64,000 nucleotides of DNA from Candidatus Multivoradales bacterium (GTDB lineage: Bacteria; Acidobacteriota; Thermoanaerobaculia; Multivoradales; J023), in NCBI GenBank assembly GCA_965248925.1, contig CBDFLE010000006.1, positions 4,768,001 to 4,832,000 of the forward strand, written 5' to 3'. Shown here piece after piece: positions 57,754 through 64,000 of the stretch. Under the pieces are notes generated by a model. The model saw only the letters and a list, made by a program, of their open reading frames with translations, made no database searches and had not been told where the DNA came from. The stretch's first letter is position 1, and every line of letters begins with the position of its first letter. Both the position numbers and the translations under genes were made by a program.

Positions 57754-58731
57754 TTGGTGCGGAACCTGCTGACGGCCTTCAAGGGGTTGTTGTCCCGTGA
57801 AGGTCACGTAGTCGACTTCGGACAGCTGATCAAGGGTGTCGCTATGTTTGCGGTTAATTTGGCGGCGCCCGGTGCCGGTGCGGTGGCTGGAGCCGCCGCC
57901 GGGATGGCCGATGCGGTGAGCGGAGCTGCTGGCGACCGCGCCAAGATCTCCTTTCGCCGCCAAGCCAAGCTCGGCGGTTTGACCCGGCCAGTGAAAGAAG
58001 GGGAGCCGGATTTCGAGAGGCTGCGGGAAGCGGTGGACGAGATCCTGCTGGATCTTCGCCGGTTGCAGTGTCCCGTGGTGCTGGTCGATGGGCTCGACAA
58101 GGTGCAGGATCTGAGGGCAATTCGCGACCTCTTCTCCAGCAATCGAATTCTCGCTCTACCGCGAGCACAGGTGGTCTACTCGGGACCGATCACGCTGATG
58201 TTGGCCACCGAGTGGCAAGCCGCCGGCGGAGCCTTCAAACGCGAGCGGCTGACCAACGTTACCGTCCAAGCTCCGGATCTCGATTGGGTTTCTCTGCCCC
58301 AAGAAGTGGTCGAGGAGGGTCAGCGAGCGGTGGCCGATGTAGTTCGGCGGCGGTTGAGCCGTTTACAGTTGGATGAGGAGGACGTCTTCGAGTCCGACTG
58401 CTTGGAGCGCTTGACCCAGGCTTCGGGTGGTCTGCTGCGGGATCTGGTTCACCTGGTCAATCGGGCGATCCGCGACGCTCTCCGGCGATCGGCACTGCGC
58501 ATCGATGTCCGCGCCGCTGAGGCGGCGATCGAGGAGATTCGCAAAGAATACGAGGTGACTCTGAATACCCGCCGGGTCGACGAGCTGCGCCACGTTCGCA
58601 AGACTGGCGAGCCGAGTGGTGCCGAAGGGTCTCTAGAATTGCTCTTGGGGGGCTATGTGCTGCCCTACAGCAATGGCCGGGTTTGGTTCGAGCCCCATCC
58701 GATCCTTCGCGATCTCCGCCCAGGAATCTGA
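57700..58731 (+). pseudogene. 5'-truncated P-loop (AAA/STAND-like) ATPase
   Basis: Walker B 'VVLVDGLDKV', 'SGGLLRDL' and C-term 'WFEPHPIL' are present; no Walker A and no credible start. Confidence 0.65.
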
Positions 58732-58741
58732 AAGCTTTCGC

Positions 58742-60580
58742 ATGACCCCCTCGCCCTCTGCCAGCTCTGCTTGGGACGCGGCTGTTGGCTCGTTGCAACA
58801 GGTGGTTGACCTTGCGGAAGGTCTGGCCCTGGTGCTGGTGTCGGGGCCTGGAACCCATGCTCGCGAAGGGTTGAAACGCCTTCGTGCCGGCCTCACAGAA
58901 GATCCTCGGGCGACCTGGCACCACGTCGACCGGCAAGGTGCGGATCTGGCATCGACGCTGGCGGATTCGGGGGGCCCACGCCTACTGCTGGTTGATGGTC
59001 TGGAACGTCTCGGCGACACCGCTCGCCAAGACCTCACTATCAGGCTGAATCTCCTACGCGACACCCTGAGTACTTTTCCCACCGTCATCATCCTGTGGGT
59101 TCCCAGGGATTTCTTGGAGTCGTTTCGGCAGCTTTGTCCGGATTTGTTTCACTGGCGTTCGTTGTTATTGCTGCTGAGCGCGGAGGACATTCCGCTGCCG
59201 TTAGAGATAGTAGCGCGCCGACGGTTGGCGCAAGCAGTGGAGAGGTACGTCGCCGGTTTGCGGCCAGCGCTCAGCCAAGAGAGGGCGTTGGAATCGGTTT
59301 TGGTCGAGACCCGAGTCGTGGACCAGATTGAGGGTACCGAGTTGCCTTTCTTGGAGTGGGCCGAAGGGGTGCAGCGGGGGCTCTTGTTGGGGCAGCCAGG
59401 AAGTGGGAAAACCACCGCTCTACAGATCTTCGGACGAGATCTTGCTCGCCGAGCTGCTGACAATGCGACGGCACCAGTTCCGATTTTTCTTTCCTGGCGT
59501 CACCTCGTACGCGAGCGGAGGGCAGAACAACCACCAACCATGACCACCCTCATTCCTGGCGAGATGGCGGTCGGCCAACTCGATCAGGAAAAGCGAGAAG
59601 TTCTGGCGTCGGGCAGACTGTGCCTGCTGCTCGACGGGCTCGACGAGGTTCCCGCACCCTTTCGCAACACTTGTCTCGAGTGGTTACGCGTTCAGCTTTC
59701 GGAACGGCCCGACTGGAGCTGCATTGTCACCTCGCGCTGTACCCGCGATTGTGAACTGAGTTTCAGCGACTGGCAGACAGCCCATATGCGGCCCTGGTCC
59801 GCGGCTGATGTAGATGCTTTCTTGCACCGCTTTTTCTCCGGCCTCGAAGGTCGGGCCCGCGAGCTCAGTTCAGCAATTCGTCGCAGCCCAACCCTCCGAG
59901 TCTTTGGCGGCTCACCCTTGCTTCTCTCAGTTCTTGCTGAGTTGAGCCTTCGCTATGGCGCTCTACCTCCGTCGCAGTTTCAGCTGTTCGAGAAAGCCGC
60001 TCAGCTGCATTTGGTGGGCTGGGACCGGGCCAAGGAGCTCGGTCGTCTCCGATCGACGGTTCCACCTTCCCGTTTGCACCGGAACCTTGCCTATCTTGCC
60101 TTGCGAATGCTCCGCGTGGAGCGCCGCGAGGCGTCGATCGGAGAGCTGGCCAATACCAATTTGGCGTTTGAGGATTTTCTTTACCTCGACGAGCGGACAG
60201 GACTGTTCCTGAGGGTCGCAGAGAACAAATTCTCGTTCAGCCATCTAGCCTGGCAGGAGTACTTCGCTGCAAGTGCCCTGAGCGAGGATAGCCCGGAGAG
60301 GGTTCTGGCTGAGCTGCGGCAGCACTTCGATGATCCGGCTTGGCGAAGCGTCATTGTGATGGCAGCTGGAGACTTGACCCGGAATCTGGGCGCAGAGTGG
60401 CTTTGGCAGCAATTTTGGCCCGAGTCAACAGAGTCTTCGGCTCGCGAGCAGATCGAAGATCAGATGACCTTGGTATTGGACATCGCTGCGGAAGCCGGAG
60501 TGAGTGACGGCTACCAGGAGCATCAAGCGGTGCTGAAACGCTTCAGGGAGAACGCCACTGCAAGCCCGGATGCCGGTTGA
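58742..60580 (+). CDS. NACHT NTPase with an N-terminal inactive P-loop domain
   Basis: N-term 'LNLLRD...IILW...PDLFHWRS'; Walker A GQPGSGKTT; Walker B LLLDGLDEV; 'SPLLL'; winged helix 'FSHLAWQEYFAA'. Confidence 0.85.
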   Translation: MTPSPSASSAWDAAVGSLQQVVDLAEGLALVLVSGPGTHAREGLKRLRAGLTEDPRATWHHVDRQGADLASTLADSGGPRLLLVDGLERLGDTARQDLTIRLNLLRDTLSTFPTVIILWVPRDFLESFRQLCPDLFHWRSLLLLLSAEDIPLPLEIVARRRLAQAVERYVAGLRPALSQERALESVLVETRVVDQIEGTELPFLEWAEGVQRGLLLGQPGSGKTTALQIFGRDLARRAADNATAPVPIFLSWRHLVRERRAEQPPTMTTLIPGEMAVGQLDQEKREVLASGRLCLLLDGLDEVPAPFRNTCLEWLRVQLSERPDWSCIVTSRCTRDCELSFSDWQTAHMRPWSAADVDAFLHRFFSGLEGRARELSSAIRRSPTLRVFGGSPLLLSVLAELSLRYGALPPSQFQLFEKAAQLHLVGWDRAKELGRLRSTVPPSRLHRNLAYLALRMLRVERREASIGELANTNLAFEDFLYLDERTGLFLRVAENKFSFSHLAWQEYFAASALSEDSPERVLAELRQHFDDPAWRSVIVMAAGDLTRNLGAEWLWQQFWPESTESSAREQIEDQMTLVLDIAAEAGVSDGYQEHQAVLKRFRENATASPDAG

Positions 60581-60595
60581 GGCTCGGCATCAGCC

Positions 60596-61963
60596 TCACA
60601 AATACCCCAACGCCTGCAAACGCTCGCGCTCTTCTTCAGTCATCGCCACCTCCCGCTGCTCGAGCCCTTCTCCCAGCTTGGGCTGGGCCTGGCGCCAGGC
60701 TTCGAGGGCGGCGTGCATGCGCTCGACACGGCGGGGGAAGGTCTTGGAGGCATCGCGGCGCTCGTGGGGGTCGCGGTAGAGGTCGAAGAGGCGGCGGCTG
60801 CCGTCGCGGGTCGATTCGATCAACTTGAAGCGTCGGTCGCGCAAGCTGTAGAGCAGGCCCGAATACTGGGAGAAGACGTAGCCGCTGGCCCGTTGGGGGT
60901 CGTGCTTCAGGTCGAGCAAGTTGCGGCCTTGCATCCAGCTGGGTGCTTCGAGGCCGGCGGCGGCGAGCAGGGTGGGGGCGATGTCGATGGTGCTTACCAA
61001 GCGGTGATCTACCAGAGCTTCTTCGACTCCCGGACCGCTCAAGATCAGTGGCACATGGAGCAATTCTTCGAACAGGGTTAGACGGTGCAGCAGACCACCG
61101 TGCTCGCCGAATTCTTCGCCGTGGTCGGAGGAGATGATCACCAGGCAGTTGTCGAGGAAGCCGATCTGGCGCAGCTCGCTGAAGAGTTCGGCGAGTACAT
61201 CGTCGGTGTAGCGCAAGCCGCGGTCGTATTGAGCCGAGAGGTGCTGTAGATCAGCGCCGATCAGCTCTCTGGCGCGGTGACGGTATTCGAGCAGGTTGGC
61301 GCTGGTCGCCGCCAGACCGGCGGTGGCACCGAAGAGGTCTTGGTAGCCCTCTGGTGGCTCGTAAGGTGAATGCACCTCGTAGGTGTGGAAGAAGACGAAG
61401 CTGGGTCGCTCGGGGCGGTGGTGGCGGCGCAGCATGCGCAGCAGCCTGTGCCGGCCCGAGTCGATTCCTTCGCCTTCGTCGTCGAAGTGGTCGAAGCCTT
61501 GGCCAAAACCCAGCCGCGGGGTCATGAAGCCGCCATCGGTCACCGCCAGGGTGCGATAGCCGTGCTCCTGCAGCAGTTCTTGCACCATGGTTAACTCGTC
61601 GGGGACCCGGTGTTGGGACCAGCCGTCGGGGCGGTGCTCGAAGCTCACCCGATGACTCTCCTGGTACAGCGACGACAGCAGGGTGGTGTGGGATGGAGGG
61701 GTGCCGTGGGTGTTGACGAAGGCATTCTCGAAGCGCAGCCCGCCGCGCGCCAGCTGATCGAGGAAGGGGGTGGTTTGGCGGGCGTAGCCGTAAGCTCCCA
61801 GGCGGTCGGCGCGCAGGGCGTCGAGGGAGATCAGCAGCAGGTTGGGGGCTGAGGCTGGCGGTGGCGGTGGCTCGCTGCAACCGGTGCTTAGCGTAGCAAG
61901 GATCCACAGCAGAGCGCATGCCGAGGCGGATCTCGACCCACTGCGCTTCATGGGTTCTCTCAT
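60596..61963 (-). CDS. Sulfatase/alkaline-phosphatase superfamily lipoprotein
   Basis: Lipobox STGC; LDALRADRL, TPPSHTTLL, SDHGEEFGEHG, LQALGYL. Confidence 0.85.
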   Translation of the reverse strand: MREPMKRSGSRSASACALLWILATLSTGCSEPPPPPASAPNLLLISLDALRADRLGAYGYARQTTPFLDQLARGGLRFENAFVNTHGTPPSHTTLLSSLYQESHRVSFEHRPDGWSQHRVPDELTMVQELLQEHGYRTLAVTDGGFMTPRLGFGQGFDHFDDEGEGIDSGRHRLLRMLRRHHRPERPSFVFFHTYEVHSPYEPPEGYQDLFGATAGLAATSANLLEYRHRARELIGADLQHLSAQYDRGLRYTDDVLAELFSELRQIGFLDNCLVIISSDHGEEFGEHGGLLHRLTLFEELLHVPLILSGPGVEEALVDHRLVSTIDIAPTLLAAAGLEAPSWMQGRNLLDLKHDPQRASGYVFSQYSGLLYSLRDRRFKLIESTRDGSRRLFDLYRDPHERRDASKTFPRRVERMHAALEAWRQAQPKLGEGLEQREVAMTEEERERLQALGYL

Positions 61964-63069
61964 GCTGTAGGCAGCCGGCAGAGGGCGTCGAGATCCGCTC
62001 GTGGATGGGGTTGCCCGGCAGCTCGCAGGCGCTGACGCATCTCCCCGGCAGCGCTCGGCAGCAGATCGAGAAAGAGGGTTGCAACCAGCCGCTCGGCGGT
62101 CGCTCGAGGATAGAGGGCGGTGGCCAGGCCAGCGACAAAGCCAAGCTCGAACAAAGGTTGCAACAAGCTGTCGACAGCCGCGAAAGGCAGCGGGTCGAAG
62201 AAGTCAGCCAACCGCAGGGCGCGATCGCGCCAGCTAACCAGATGGTTGCCGCTGGGCTCGCCTCGACCCCCGAGACGGGCACTGAGTAGGCGCAGGCGGA
62301 GCTGCTCGATGCGGTCGAGCTGGAGGTACTGGCGCAACTCAGGGAACTTGCGCCAGAGAATGGCCGCCATCTCGCCGCAGCGTTGCTGCCGACGGTAGAA
62401 GTCCGAGGCCCGGTAGGGATGGTGGTGAAGGGCCTCGGCGGCGGCGCGGTAGCGGATCCGCAGGCCGTGCCGCGCCAAGCGATAGGCCAACTCGGCGTCT
62501 TCGAAGGCGGCGGCCGGGAAATCGGTGCTGAAGTAGCTTGGTTCGCGGTCGAGCAAGGAGCGGTACACGCTTAGATTGGAAGTATAGAAGTGGCGAAAGT
62601 CGTATTCGCCGCCGTCTTCGAAAAAGTGATAGCTGAACTGCTGCGCGCCAGGGCCGTCGATGTGGCGCATGGTGGCGGTCAGGGTTTGATTGTCGGCCCA
62701 CCGGGTCAGGCCGACGACGGCGAGTAGGGGATCGTCCCAAGCCTGGTGGGCGGCCAGGTGCTCGGCGAGCAGCGTGGAGGTGGGCTCGATATCGTCGCCG
62801 GTGAACAGCACCAACTCGCCGCTGGCGATCTTGAGCGCCTGGTTGCGGGCGGCTGCGGGTCCCTGGTTGGACTGCGCGGCATGGCTCAGGGTGTAGTTCC
62901 GTGGCTGCCAGCCGGCGAGCAATTCGGCGGTGCCGTCCTCAGAGCCGTCATCGACCACCACCAGCTCGACTTCGACATCGGCGATGCCTTGCTGCCGATC
63001 ATAGGCTGCCAGCACCCGGCGCAGGGTGGGGGCGCGGTTGTAGGAGGGAATCAAGATGCTGAACTTCAT
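61960..63069 (-). CDS. Glycosyltransferase family 2
   Basis: SILIPSYNR, VVDDGSEDGT, GPAAARN, FTGDD, FEDAEL. Confidence 0.9.
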   Translation of the reverse strand: MKFSILIPSYNRAPTLRRVLAAYDRQQGIADVEVELVVVDDGSEDGTAELLAGWQPRNYTLSHAAQSNQGPAAARNQALKIASGELVLFTGDDIEPTSTLLAEHLAAHQAWDDPLLAVVGLTRWADNQTLTATMRHIDGPGAQQFSYHFFEDGGEYDFRHFYTSNLSVYRSLLDREPSYFSTDFPAAAFEDAELAYRLARHGLRIRYRAAAEALHHHPYRASDFYRRQQRCGEMAAILWRKFPELRQYLQLDRIEQLRLRLLSARLGGRGEPSGNHLVSWRDRALRLADFFDPLPFAAVDSLLQPLFELGFVAGLATALYPRATAERLVATLFLDLLPSAAGEMRQRLRAAGQPHPRADLDALCRLPTA

Positions 63070-64000
63070 GACTCTCCCTCCATGCCGAGGCCCAGGGCAC
63101 GGCGCCAAGCCTGGGTGGTGAGAGCTGGGTGGTGAGCGGCCAGTCGGCGGCGGGCGTTGGCGCCGCGCCGCCGGCGTTCGCCGTCGTCGGTTAGCTGCTC
63201 CAGGGCGTCGGCGAAGCTGGCGATATCGCCAGCGGCGACTGCGCAACCGCAGCTGCCGTCGTCGAGCAAAGGGCTGAGACCGCTGCCGATCACCGGTAGG
63301 CCGCTGGCCAAGGCGTCGAGAGGGAAAAAAGGCAGCGCTTCCGGCTCGGCCATCGACAGCACGATGTCGGCGGCGGCGAGCACTTCGTCGGCGGCGTTGG
63401 CGAGGCGGCGGAAGCGGCGCAGACCGAGGTAGCCGGCCAACTCGTCGATCGACCCGGCGAGGGGGCCGCGGCCAGCGAGCAGGAAGACCAATCTCGGCTC
63501 TTCGCGCAGCTGGTGGGCCAGGGCCAGCAAGTCTTCGGCTCGCGAGGTGGCGACCAGATCCGCGATCAGCACCACCGCCAAGTCTGCTTCAATCAAGCCC
63601 AGGCTCTTTCGTGCTGAGTCCCGCAGTGCTGCTTGTTGGTCGCTTTGCGGCTGCGGTCTTGGCACCAGTGGCAGGATCTCGCGCGCTTGCTCTTCGCGGT
63701 CGCAGGACCAACTCAGGATGGTGGTGGCGTGGACGCTGGCCGACGCCGTCAGCGGCAAGTGCAGGCGCTCGCCGTCAGGCAGGTTCTTGGCGAAAGGGGC
63801 CAGTAGGTCGTTGTTGTCTGACGGCTGTCGATCTGTCGGTGGGTCGCCAATCCAGAGTACCTTGGGCGCCGCGTAGCGCTGGGCCAAAGTGATCAAAGCG
63901 GCGTCCTGAGCGGCCTGGGCGACGACCCCGTCCAGGCGGTAGATGTGCGGTGTGGTGCGGCCGAGCAGGCGCAGGCGTTGGCGACTCAAGGCAGATCCTG
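63066..64000 (-). CDS. Glycosyltransferase family 4, running off the window edge
   Basis: 'AADIVLSMAEPEALPFFPLDALASGLPVI', 'GDIASFADAL'; ATGA overlap with the GT2 gene. Confidence 0.75.
   Translation of the reverse strand, partial: GSALSRQRLRLLGRTTPHIYRLDGVVAQAAQDAALITLAQRYAAPKVLWIGDPPTDRQPSDNNDLLAPFAKNLPDGERLHLPLTASASVHATTILSWSCDREEQAREILPLVPRPQPQSDQQAALRDSARKSLGLIEADLAVVLIADLVATSRAEDLLALAHQLREEPRLVFLLAGRGPLAGSIDELAGYLGLRRFRRLANAADEVLAAADIVLSMAEPEALPFFPLDALASGLPVIGSGLSPLLDDGSCGCAVAAGDIASFADALEQLTDDGERRRRGANARRRLAAHHPALTTQAWRRALGLGMEGES

Overview
GC-rich bacterial chromosomal window. Gene content (exosortase H, an IFxxGFE-tailed secreted protein, an ECF-sigma/CHAT cassette) suggests an Acidobacteriota/Thermoanaerobaculia-like organism; that assignment is inference. 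Positions 1-40 kb are mostly housekeeping and envelope genes: a chemosensory cluster (HEAT, cheR, cheB, DUF4388/GAF, CheY-like), a split transketolase plus RuBisCO-like protein, smc, exosortase, pyrR-pyrB-pyrC', suhB, hemF and polysaccharide genes. The standout is 40.5-50.3 kb, a complete diversity-generating retroelement (DGR). It comprises an HTH/four-helix gene, avd, a 129-nt template repeat (47904-48032) and a reverse transcriptase. The template matches two variable repeats with 13 and 18 mismatches, all at template adenines. One target is the vWA/CLec(FGE-fold) component of a TIR-deadCHAT-iSTAND / MoxR / vWA ternary conflict operon. The other is a convergent stand-alone membrane CLec gene. 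Downstream lie a VapC remnant, a ParDE-type toxin-antitoxin pair, an ECF/anti-sigma/CHAT-protease cassette, a decayed PadR/ATPase/NACHT locus and more glycan genes. No rRNA, tRNA, CRISPR array or transposase was recognised. All domain calls come from motifs read by eye, not database searches.
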